From an uncultured Candidatus Rokubacteria bacterium (lineage in GTDB: Bacteria > Methylomirabilota > Methylomirabilia > Rokubacteriales > DASRDR01): a DNA stretch of 64,000 nt. The notes under the pieces were generated by a model that saw nothing but the letters and a program-made list of their open reading frames with translations, did no database searches and had not been told where the DNA came from. Within the stretch, counting starts at the first letter, position 1; every line of letters begins with the position of its first letter. A program made the position numbers and the translations under genes. Where the stretch lies: NCBI GenBank assembly GCA_963708025.1, contig CAVPSB010000016.1:352001-416000 (forward strand). Direction: 5' to 3'. Positions 55,441 to 64,000 of the stretch are shown one piece after another.

Positions 55441-56385
55441 ATGCTGAGGACAATCGGGATCGTGGTGGCGGTGGCCTGGATGCTCGGATCGGCAACGGTT
55501 CCGGCCAGTGCGGCCGATGACGTGGCCGAGCGCTTCACGCGCATCGCGCGGTCGCTGGACTGGCAGCTCGTCGAGACCGTGGCCGTGCAGTTCCCGACCC
55601 ATCACCCGCAGGGGATGGTGAAGATCGGCGACCGCCTCTATTTCTCCACCGTGGAGATCCAGGAGGCCACGCAGCGCTATCCGGAGCCGCGCGACGGGCT
55701 GGACCGCAGCGCGGGCAAGGGCGTCGGCCATCTCTTCGAGATGGATCTGAAGGGCGCCCTGCTCCGCCAGATCCAGCTCGGTGAGGGCGACGTCTACCAC
55801 CCCGGCGGCATCGACTTCGACGGCACCCACCTCTGGGTGCCGGTGGCCGAGTACCGGCCAAACAGCAACTCGATCGTCTATCGCGTCGATCCGAAGACGA
55901 TGCAGGCGGTCAAGGTCCTGTCCTTCGCCGACCATGTCGGCGGCATCGTTCACGACACCGTGGCCAACACCCTCCACGGCGTGAGCTGGGGCTCGCGACG
56001 CTTCTATCGCTGGACGCTCGACCGCTCGCTCAAGGTGACGAACGCGGCTGCGAAGCCGGAGGCGCTACGCAAGCTCAACCCGGCCTTCTACATCGACTAT
56101 CAGGATTGCCACTACGTCGGCGGCAGCCGCATGCTCTGCTCGGGGCTCAACACCTACCGCATGAAGCCCGACGGCCCACCGTTCCCGCTCGGCGGGCTCG
56201 AGCTGGTCGACCTCAAGACCGACCGACCGCTCCACCAGATTCCCGTCGCGCTGTGGACGGACGGCGGCAAGGTGATGACCCAGAACCCCTTCTGGATCGA
56301 GACCTCGGCGGCCGGGCTGCGCCTCTATTTCATGCCGGAGGACGACAAGTCACGCCTGTTCGTCTACGAGGCGAAGGTCAACTGA
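55441..56385 (+). CDS. Secreted beta-propeller-like protein (DUF6454-like)
   Basis: Signal peptide; HHPQGM, YHPGGIDFDG, VAEYRP, DYQDC, MTQNP. Confidence 0.75.
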   Translation: MLRTIGIVVAVAWMLGSATVPASAADDVAERFTRIARSLDWQLVETVAVQFPTHHPQGMVKIGDRLYFSTVEIQEATQRYPEPRDGLDRSAGKGVGHLFEMDLKGALLRQIQLGEGDVYHPGGIDFDGTHLWVPVAEYRPNSNSIVYRVDPKTMQAVKVLSFADHVGGIVHDTVANTLHGVSWGSRRFYRWTLDRSLKVTNAAAKPEALRKLNPAFYIDYQDCHYVGGSRMLCSGLNTYRMKPDGPPFPLGGLELVDLKTDRPLHQIPVALWTDGGKVMTQNPFWIETSAAGLRLYFMPEDDKSRLFVYEAKVN

Positions 56386-56559
56386 CGGCTCGATGACCCG
56401 GTGTTCGAGGGCGGCGACCGCGGCCGCGATCGAGACCGATCTTCGCGCGGTCAGGCGTCCCGCAACCACGGGCCCAGGCCGTCGCGGAGACCGTCGCTCA
56501 CCGACTCGTGCTAAAAGGGCCCTCACGGAGAAAGGAGGGGAAGCTCGACAGCTGATCGG

Positions 56560-56650
56560 CCGGCCAGCATCGCTCCGCTCCGATCACGATCCCCCGATCG
56601 GCGCGTTCACGATGGGCCGATCTAAGCGTTCAGCTTCGCCGGAATACGCA
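56560..56650 (-). mobile_element. Solo IS21-family-like terminal sequence
   Basis: Begins 5'-TGCGTATTCCGGCGAAGCTGAACGC; internal direct repeats TGAACGC..(GATCGG) 23 bp apart; no istA/istB in the window. Confidence 0.6.
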
Positions 56651-56719
56651 CCCACGCACGCCGCGCCCCTGTGGGTGCGGGAGAAGATCCTACGTTCCGG
56701 GCGGCCTCAGTCCGACTCT

Positions 56720-59700
56720 TCATTCCAGCATCGTCCGCACGTCCTCCGCGCTGCGCCTGTCTCCAACCTCTCGAAAGATCGCCAGCGCAGCGCCCGCCAT
56801 CTCCCGCGCGCGGTCTCGTGATGCCGGGTTTTCCGACGTGAGCTCCGCTCTTCCCCAATCACGCAGCGTCTGCGCGACCTCCCAGCGCGTCCCGAGCTCC
56901 TGATACCGCCGCAGGGCCTCCGCGAAGTGCTCCGCCGCCGTAGACGAGTCGCCGACGGAGCCGAGGACGATGCCGCGCGCGCGGTAGGTCTGAGCGATCT
57001 CCTTCCCTGCGCCGGCGCGCGTCGCCAACGCGAGGACGTGGTCCGGCGCCGCGGCGGCGCGCGGGTCGCCGGTCCGAGCCTGGATCTCCGCGAGGTGGGC
57101 GTGCACCGCTGGTAGAAGCCGGCGAGGTTCGCCCGCGAGCTCCTCGAGCGCGACGCGGGCGTCGGCCAGGCGGTCCTGCGCCATCAGCAAGAGCGCAGGG
57201 AGATGGAGCATGCGGCGCACCGGGTAGTCTTGCGCTTGCCGCGCCAGCGCGCTCGCCTTCTCCTCCTGACCGCGGCGAGCCAACACGACAGCCTGGATGA
57301 GAAAGAGTTCCCCGACGAACGTCTGGTAGATGCGGCCGTAGTTCTCCCAGACACGCAGGAACTCCTCGAACGAGCGCGTCGCGTCATCCCACTGATCCCA
57401 GGCGAAGTGCGCCCAGGTCCGCCAGAGCAGCGCGTGCACGTGCCATCCCCCCAACCCGATCTCCCCGAGGTCGGCGGCGGCCTGCGCCTCCCGCACCGCG
57501 TCGGCGTATCGGCCCAGGGCGGAGTAGGCCTGCGAGAGCATGCAGCCAATGTCGATGAGCTCGGCGCGGTCCTCGATGAGCGGGCCGAGGTCACGGCGGT
57601 GCAGGTGGCATCCGAGCGCGCCAGGGTAGTTGGCGAGGTGCATGTGCACGCCGCCGATCGAATCGAGTACCGCCGAGACGTCGCGGGCCGTGCCGAGCGC
57701 CTCCATGATCGGCAGCGCCTCTTCGGCGCTCGCGAGGGCCGGGCGCAGCTCCTCCTCGTCCCGTCGCCCGGTGAAGTTCGGCAGCGCCGCGCGTGCCATC
57801 AGCAGCCGGCCTTTCTCGATGGAGGGCTCCTGGTCGCGGAGGAGGTCCAGGCCGGCTTGGATCCATCTGATGACGTCGCCCTCGGCCGGGGGCGTCTTGA
57901 AGGCGCCCCGCCAGCGCGTCGGCGCCTCGGCGAGCTTGGCGTACAGGCGCGCGCCCAGGCCGGCGTCAGGCGCTCCCGCCGCGTGCCACATCTCGAGCGC
58001 GCGCCGATGGTGGATGCCTCCGGCGTCCCCCGACCATTGGAGCATGTGGATGTCGCCGATCCGCTCATGCAGTGAGGCGCGGTCCAGGGGGCTGTCCGCG
58101 ATCGCCAACGCGGCCTCGTAATAGTGATTCGCGGGACCGGTGGCGTACTTTCGCGCCGCCATGTCCCCGGCGGTCGTCAGCCAGACCTGGGCCTTCCTCG
58201 GCACCTCCGCGTGCCGATAGTGCCGGCCGAGGGCGCCGGCGGGGGGATCGAGCGCGCCGGCCGTGAGCGCTTCGAGGGCCACGGCCACGTCACCGTGCAG
58301 AAGCTTCCGCCGCGGCGGCAGGAGCCCGCCGTACACCACCTCGCGGATGCGGTCGTGCGTGAAGTCGAAGCCCTCGTCCACGCCGTGCAGCATCCGCCGC
58401 CGCACCAGCTCCTCCACGCCCTCGGCCGCATCGCGCTCGGGGAGCCGGCTGGCCCGCTGCAGGAGCGCGAAGTCGAACTCGCGCCCGATGACGGCCGCCA
58501 CCGAGAGGAGCTGCCGGCTCCCCTCGCTCAAGCGCGCCACGCGTCCGGCGATGACATCCCGGACGCGCTGGGGCAGCGACAGGGTCGCCGGCTCCTGGAG
58601 CGTCAGCCCCTCCCGCAGCGCCCGCACGGTCTCGACGACCACGAACGGGTTGCCCTCGCTGGCGGCCCACGCTTGCTCCTCCAGCCACGCCACCGTGCGC
58701 GCCTCGCTGCCCGCCACGGTGAGGCACCGCACGAGCCTGGACGTGTCGGGGCGCGACAGCGGCGAGAGCAGTAGCTCACCGAAGTGGCCCTCGCCTCGGA
58801 GCTCCCCGAGCACCCGACGCAGGGTGTCGGCGTCGGCAAGCTCCTCCTCCCGCGCCGTCGCCACCACCAGCACGGGCCACGCCTGCACGCGACGGCCCAG
58901 GAACGACAGCAGCCGCAGGCTCATCTCGTCGGCCCAGTGCAAGTCCTCGAGCATGAGCGCGAGCGGCTGGGTCGAGGCGACGTGCGCGACGAGATAGGCG
59001 ACACTCTCGAAGAGGCGGAGGTAGTCGTCGCTGGGCGCGGGCAGCCCCGGCCCCGCGAGCTCTGGAAACAGCCGGGCCAGCTCCGCCCGCCAGACGGGGT
59101 TCAGCCCGCTGACCATGACCTCCTCGGCGATCAGCCCACCCGTGCGGAAGGCATCGACCCAGGGACCGAACGGCAGAATCTGGGCACTTTCATAGGCCCG
59201 GCCGACCAAGACGTGGCTGCCGCCCTGGCGGGCTTCAGTCGCCACTTCCACGAGGAGGCGGGTCTTGCCGACGCCGGCCTCACCCAGGACCGCGACGGCG
59301 CGGCCGCGGCCCCCGCCGGCCTCGGCCAACGCATTCCGCAGCGTGGCCAACTCGACGTCGCGGCCGATCAGCGATGTCTCGGTGGTCACCGCCTCCGGAC
59401 GGGCCCCCAGCGGCACCCGGCGCGTCAGTTCCTGGCCGGCTTTCCCCAACGCCGTCCGGCTGGACGGCGCCTCGTCACGGCGCCGGATGATCTCCTGGTA
59501 GAGCTGCTTCGTCTCCGCTTCCGGCTCCACCCCCAGCTCGCGCTGGAGCACCCCCACGCACTGCTGGTACTGGCGCAGCGCGGCGCCCCGCCGGCCAGTC
59601 TGGGCGTAGAGGCGCATCAGCGTGCGGTGCACCGGCTCCTGCAACGGGTCCAGGCTCGAGAGCTTGAGCCCCGTCTGGATCGCCGGCTCCGTCTGGGCGG

Positions 59701-60199
59701 CGCTCCTCTGGTGCGCCAGGAGCTTCGCCAGCCCCTCCAGCGCCAGCTCCCGGAGCCGCTCCCGTTCCCCCAGCAGCCACTCCTCGAAGCCCCCCGCCCC
59801 CTCCACGCTCAGCCCCGCCAGCAGGTCCCCCTGGTAGAGCGGCACCGCCGCCTCCAGCGCCGCCGGCGTCCCCTCGGCGACCCCTCGCTCGAACGCCGCC
59901 ACGTCCACCTCCACCGCCGCCGGGTCCAGCGCGACCGCGTCCCCCTCCACGCGCACCCCGCCGGCGGGCAGCGCCCGCCGCAGCGCGAACAGCGCCTGGC
60001 GGAGGCTGTTGCGGGCCTGGCCCTCGGGGCTGTCGCCCCAGAGCAGGGTCGCCAGCTTGTCGCGCGGATGCGCCCGCCCGGCGGAGAGGGCGAGGTAGGC
60101 GAGCAACGCCTGGGCCTTCCGCGTCGGCAGGGGGAGGGCGGGGCCCGATCCGATCCGGGCCTGGAAGCCGCCCAAGAGGGTGAGCTGGAGGGATGCCAT
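56720..60199 (-). CDS. AfsR/SARP-type regulator: wHTH + BTAD + AAA/STAND ATPase + TPR
   Basis: LLGGF, RKAQALLAYL, RDKLATLLW, DPLQEPVHRTLM, GEAGVGKT, LEDLHWAD, GNPF, FTHDRIRE. Confidence 0.92.
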   Translation of the reverse strand: MASLQLTLLGGFQARIGSGPALPLPTRKAQALLAYLALSAGRAHPRDKLATLLWGDSPEGQARNSLRQALFALRRALPAGGVRVEGDAVALDPAAVEVDVAAFERGVAEGTPAALEAAVPLYQGDLLAGLSVEGAGGFEEWLLGERERLRELALEGLAKLLAHQRSAAQTEPAIQTGLKLSSLDPLQEPVHRTLMRLYAQTGRRGAALRQYQQCVGVLQRELGVEPEAETKQLYQEIIRRRDEAPSSRTALGKAGQELTRRVPLGARPEAVTTETSLIGRDVELATLRNALAEAGGGRGRAVAVLGEAGVGKTRLLVEVATEARQGGSHVLVGRAYESAQILPFGPWVDAFRTGGLIAEEVMVSGLNPVWRAELARLFPELAGPGLPAPSDDYLRLFESVAYLVAHVASTQPLALMLEDLHWADEMSLRLLSFLGRRVQAWPVLVVATAREEELADADTLRRVLGELRGEGHFGELLLSPLSRPDTSRLVRCLTVAGSEARTVAWLEEQAWAASEGNPFVVVETVRALREGLTLQEPATLSLPQRVRDVIAGRVARLSEGSRQLLSVAAVIGREFDFALLQRASRLPERDAAEGVEELVRRRMLHGVDEGFDFTHDRIREVVYGGLLPPRRKLLHGDVAVALEALTAGALDPPAGALGRHYRHAEVPRKAQVWLTTAGDMAARKYATGPANHYYEAALAIADSPLDRASLHERIGDIHMLQWSGDAGGIHHRRALEMWHAAGAPDAGLGARLYAKLAEAPTRWRGAFKTPPAEGDVIRWIQAGLDLLRDQEPSIEKGRLLMARAALPNFTGRRDEEELRPALASAEEALPIMEALGTARDVSAVLDSIGGVHMHLANYPGALGCHLHRRDLGPLIEDRAELIDIGCMLSQAYSALGRYADAVREAQAAADLGEIGLGGWHVHALLWRTWAHFAWDQWDDATRSFEEFLRVWENYGRIYQTFVGELFLIQAVVLARRGQEEKASALARQAQDYPVRRMLHLPALLLMAQDRLADARVALEELAGEPRRLLPAVHAHLAEIQARTGDPRAAAAPDHVLALATRAGAGKEIAQTYRARGIVLGSVGDSSTAAEHFAEALRRYQELGTRWEVAQTLRDWGRAELTSENPASRDRAREMAGAALAIFREVGDRRSAEDVRTMLE

Positions 60200-60264
60200 G
60201 GGCCACCGGCCAGGGGCCACGCCGACCATAGCACTCCCCGGATGGCGGGCCAAGTCCGGGGCTC

Positions 60265-60302
60265 GACGGGCGTTTAACGCTCACCTGGACGGGCCCGTAA
60301 CG
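60265..60302 (+). promoter_or_regulatory. Phased (11/12-bp) RACG direct repeats, putative SARP binding site
   Basis: GACG 60265, AACG 60276, GACG 60288, AACG 60299 in the divergent intergenic region. Confidence 0.55.
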
Positions 60303-60338
60303 GCGCCCCCTTACCCTCGGGCGCGAAGGAGGTCTCAC

Positions 60339-60440
60339 ATGGTCACCCAACAGGAGCTGGAGGCGCTGCGCGACCGGTATCCGGATCTGCCCTGGCCCCC
60401 CCGGCCACCCTGTCCCCGCGAACTCCGGGCAAGAACATGA
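60339..60440 (+). CDS. 33-aa leader-like peptide
   Basis: RBS AGGAGG; MVTQQELEALRDRYPDLPWPPRPPCPRELRART*; ATGA overlap with next ORF. Confidence 0.5.
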   Translation: MVTQQELEALRDRYPDLPWPPRPPCPRELRART

Positions 60441-60610
60441 CCTTCGTCGTCCGGCTCTCGCTCGACGAGGCCGGACGCGTGACCGGGATCGTGGAGCGGG
60501 TGCGGATCGGAGAGAAGGAGCGGTTCGAGGGAGTCGCCGCCATCGCGACGTTGATCGCGCGCATGGTGGAGGCCGACCACATCCAGAGAGAAGCGGAGGA
60601 CACGCGATGA
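60437..60610 (+). CDS. 57-aa small protein ('TFVVR' family, copy 1)
   Basis: MTFVVRLSLDEAGRVTGIVERVRIGEKERFEGVAAIATLIARMV; ATGA overlaps at both ends; homolog at 63185. Confidence 0.7.
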   Translation: MTFVVRLSLDEAGRVTGIVERVRIGEKERFEGVAAIATLIARMVEADHIQREAEDTR

Positions 60611-60750
60611 CCACGCTCAAAGGCAAGCACGCCCTGGTGACTGGAGGTTCCCGCGGGATCGGCCGGGGGATCGCCCTCGAGCTCGCCGCCGAGGGCGCCC
60701 GGGGCGCCGTCCACTACTACCAGAACGAGGCCGCCGCCAAGGACACCCCC
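60607..60750 (+). pseudogene. SDR oxidoreductase N-terminal fragment
   Basis: MTTLKGKHALVTGGSRGIGRGIA...VHY.QNEAAA then abrupt loss of SDR similarity. Confidence 0.7.
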
Positions 60751-60947
60751 CGGGGGGCCATGGCCGAGAATGGGCATTGTGTTGACTCCCCCCCCGGTGA
60801 GCAAGTGGCACTGGCCGACGTGGTCGCTCGGCTCGCGGCCCGCCCCGAGGGGCGGGTGCCCGGGGGCACCAGGTGGGCCAGTTCCGTGACACAGGCGCGC
60901 GAGATGACCGAGATAGGGCCGTCCCGGACCGGCACGGAGGTGGTGTC

Positions 60948-62917
60948 ATGAGACGAGGTGTCAGGCGGGCTGCCTTGTTCGTTGGCATGACGATCATCTT
61001 CGCGGCTGTCTTGGCTCTTCCGCCGGGACACCATGTGCGGGCCAATGAGCATCACGACTCGAGTGGTCGGAACGATGATCGGGGAAGAGCCAGCGACAAG
61101 GGCGGGAGGCACCGGCATCATCGGTGCGATCCTCTGCGGGACCAGCACGGCAAGGCGAAGAGGATCGACGGGAGATGTCCGACGGGAGGCAGCAGCAACG
61201 GCATCGCCAAGGGCGACTTCAACGGCGATGGCTTTGCCGATCTCGCCATCGGGGTGCCGGGCGAAGAGACGCCTTCCGGCGTGCCCAGTTCCGGCGCGGT
61301 GATTGTCATCTACGGCTCGGCCAGCGGGCTCACCGCAACCGACCCCAATGTCCCGGCCTCTCAGTTCTGGTCCCAGAACGCGACCGGGGTTCCGGGGACC
61401 TCTGAGGCCGGTGATGGGTTTGGCTCGGCCTTGGCAGCGGGTGACTTCAACGATGACGGATTCTCAGATCTCGCCATCGGGGCGCCTGCTGATGTGAGCG
61501 TTAGAGGCGGTGCGGGGTTTGTAGGGCAAGTGTACGTGATCTACGGCTCCTCGGTTGGACTGACGACCGACAACAGCTTGGGCGTTCCGAGGGCCCAGCG
61601 CTTTTCAATGGGGGAATTGAACACAGGGGGCCTACTGGCCCCCTTCGCGGCTACGACGGAAGACGACGTACCTGGCACCTTCTCCTTCGGCGCCGCTCTG
61701 GCCTGGGGTGATTTCAACGGGGATGGCTTTGGCGACCTCGCGGTGGGTTCGCCGAGGGAAATGGTCAACAATTTTGAAGATTTTCCCACAATGGCCGGAG
61801 CGGTGGGCATCATTTTCGGGAGCAGTACCGGCCTGGAGGTCGCGGGCAGCCAGGTCTTCACCCAGGAAAGTCCCGGCATCCCGGGCAACAGTATTGGCGG
61901 TGACCTCTTCGGGGCAGCCCTGGCCGGAGGAGACTTTGACGGGGACGGTGTCACGGACCTGGCCATCGGGATTCCGTTGAAGAATGTCCCAGGTACCGCC
62001 ACGCAGGGTGGCGGTCTCCTCAACGATGCCGGAGCCGTGCTGGTTCTGTTCGGAAGCAGCGGTGTTGGACTCGTGACCACGCTGAACCGGTTCTTTGACG
62101 AGACGGATCTCTTCGAAGGCGCCGGCTTCGGCGTGGGGGACCGCTCCCAAGCCGGTGCCCGGTTCGGCTCCGCTCTGGCGGCCGGCGACTTCAATGGCGA
62201 TGGTCGGGATGACCTGGCGGCGGCCGCGCCCTTCAAGGCCATCCGGGGTCTTCCTCAGGCCGGTGGGGTGTGGGTGGTCTTTAGGACGGCATCGGGCACG
62301 AACCAGTTCTGGGAGCAGTCACTGATCTTTCCTGGCAGCACCGCAATCAACGAGCGCGACGGGGATGGGAGTCCCACGGAGGCCGGGGATCTCTTCGGCG
62401 CGGCCCTGGCCGCCGGCGACTTCAACGGTGACGGTCGAGACGACCTCGCCATTGGCGCGCCGTTTGAGGACGTGCTCGTGCAGCGCAGCGCCAACCGCTT
62501 CGAGACCGTCGTAGACGCGGGTGCGGTGACCGTGGTCTATGGCTCGGCCACTGGCCTGTCGATCGCAGGGCGAGCGCCGCAGCTGTGGCATCAACAGAGC
62601 GTCAACATCGAAGAGGAGGCTGAAGCCGGCGATCGGTTCGGTTCCAGTCTGACCGCCTGGAATTTTGGCAGAAATGAAACTCGCCAGGTCTGTACGCCTG
62701 ATTGCTTTAGAGTGTCAGTCCAAACCGCCGATCTCGCGATCGGGGCGCCGTTCGAGGACGTAGGGAGCGTCGTCAATGCCGGCGCAGTCAACGTCATCTA
62801 TGGCTCCTTTCCGCCAACGGACTGACGTTCTCCAATGACCAGGTCTGGACGCAGAACAGTCCTGGGGTTCCAGGGGCATCCGAGACCAACGACCGCTTCG
62901 GCGGCGCAGTGTATTGA
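60948..62917 (+). CDS. Secreted FG-GAP repeat (integrin-alpha-like beta-propeller) protein (frameshift near 62810)
   Basis: RBS GGAGG; signal peptide; repeated FGxALAxGDFNGDGxxDLAIGAP...AGAVxVxYG; tail continues as [12 protein letters not shown]...DRFGGAVY*. Confidence 0.88.
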
Positions 62918-62940
62918 CACTGGCTCCCCCGGCTCGGCGT

Positions 62941-62991
62941 CACGGGTGTGCCCGGCCCGCGCCTCACGGATTCTTGACGCTCCGCCCGACG
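62941..62991 (+). promoter_or_regulatory. Second phased NACG repeat array
   Basis: CACG 62941, CACG 62965, GACG 62976, GACG 62988. Confidence 0.4.
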
Positions 62992-63184
62992 CGGTTCCCA
63001 TGCTCGTTGCCGTACACGGCCCGCGCGAGGGGGAACAATGGGAGCCGGACTCGCAGGGCGCACGCCTGATCGCGCGGATGATCGGACCCAGCGTAGCGGG
63101 GCTGGCCGCGCGCCGTCCCGCCCGCGGGGGGGCGCCTGGCCAGGCCGCAGACGCTCGCTCGGCAGCGCACGGGTAGGCCGGGCG

Positions 63185-63379
63185 ATGGAGTCCTTGCCGC
63201 GCACGGCGACCTTCGTCGTCCGAGTCAGCGAGGGGGAGGCCCGGGAGCTGACCGGGACCGTCGAACGAGCGCTGACCGGGGAGCGGCACCCGTTCCGCGG
63301 CGCGGAGGCGCTCGCGAGCCTGATCGCGCAGCTGGCGGGGCGCCCGACGACCGATCCCCCCGCGCGGGGTGGCCACTGA
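63185..63379 (+). CDS. Small protein ('TFVVR' family, copy 2; may start at 63038)
   Basis: [44 protein letters not shown] aligns with 60437-60610. Confidence 0.65.
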   Translation: MESLPRTATFVVRVSEGEARELTGTVERALTGERHPFRGAEALASLIAQLAGRPTTDPPARGGH

Positions 63380-63509
63380 CGCCCCGTGAGGCTTCCCGAC
63401 CCTCGCCAAGCATGGGTCGCTGGCAACTCGGCGGCAGGCCGGCGGGGCTACTCCCGGGCGGACCCGGCCCCGACTCCGGCGTCGGCTCCGGCTCCAGCTC
63501 CGGCCTCGG

Positions 63510-63770
63510 CTCAGGCCATGGACCACCGGCGCTGGAGCGCGCGGAAGATCCCGAGCGTGGGCAGCGTCGCCAGCCACAGGATCGCGGCCAGCCACAGGGC
63601 GGCGGCCCCGCCGCTCCGATCGATCAGGTAGCCGGCCTAGCCCCGGGACGACACCCATGCACGCGTAGTAGAGCGCGTAGAAGAGGCCGAAGCCCGTGCT
63701 GCGGCTCCGCGGCGGGAGCACCTCGCCGGGCAGCGCCACCACGCCTGCGGCGGGCGCGACCAGGAGACCC
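63510..63770 (-). pseudogene. MFS transporter C-terminal fragment (frameshifted)
   Basis: [24 protein letters not shown]...[17 protein letters not shown]. Confidence 0.55.
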
Positions 63771-63772
63771 AC

Positions 63773-63900
63773 GCGGAAGCGGTTGACGATGGGCAGGCGC
63801 CAGTCGCGGCCGAACGCCCGCGGGGTGATCTTCACATCGATCGGCCCCCGGCGGCGCTTGTACTCGTTGACGTCCACCATGCGCACCACGCACGGTCTCC
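63773..63900 (-). pseudogene. nadE: Glutamine-dependent NAD+ synthetase C-terminal fragment
   Basis: [36 protein letters not shown]. Confidence 0.7.
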
Positions 63901-64000
63901 TCGGCGGAGCCGCGGGCGACCACCAGGGCGTGGAAGAGCGGGTCACGGCACGTGCCTGACCGCACTCACGAGCTCTTGCCGGGCCCGAGGAAGGTGGTCA

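Noticed and set aside
63460-63512. CCGG(C/A) hexamer-like repeats
   Set aside because: Low-complexity GC tract, probably a linker or terminator remnant

Overview
This 64-kb window is very GC-rich bacterial DNA. Gene content and style suggest Ca. Rokubacteria (Methylomirabilota), but this is tentative and the complete 16S here can test it. It holds one complete minus-strand rRNA operon (16S, tRNA-Ile, tRNA-Ala, 23S, 5S). Around it lie catabolic and transport clusters: benzoate-CoA ligase/SDR/aldolase, TRAP + hydantoinase A/B + RraA, Mo-hydroxylase + LigAB, and CoA ligase + Dpp ABC. About a dozen single-base frameshifts in otherwise intact genes point to long-read indel errors. The most notable accessory features are: (1) a minus-strand three-peptidase operon (signal-less thermolysin M4, a catalytically dead archaemetzincin-like protein, a standalone caspase-like CHAT protease) behind a sigma70-like promoter with a palindromic operator; (2) a BTAD/SARP-ATPase-TPR regulator with ~11-bp phased repeats and two copies of a tiny 'TFVVR' protein flanking an FG-GAP cargo gene; (3) small non-autonomous elements inserted exactly at TAG stop codons, some built from shuffled hairpin modules; (4) integron attC/cassette debris, a solo IS21-like end, a sigma54-driven micropeptide and several gene fragments. 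All protein-family calls come from motif recognition by eye, not database searches.
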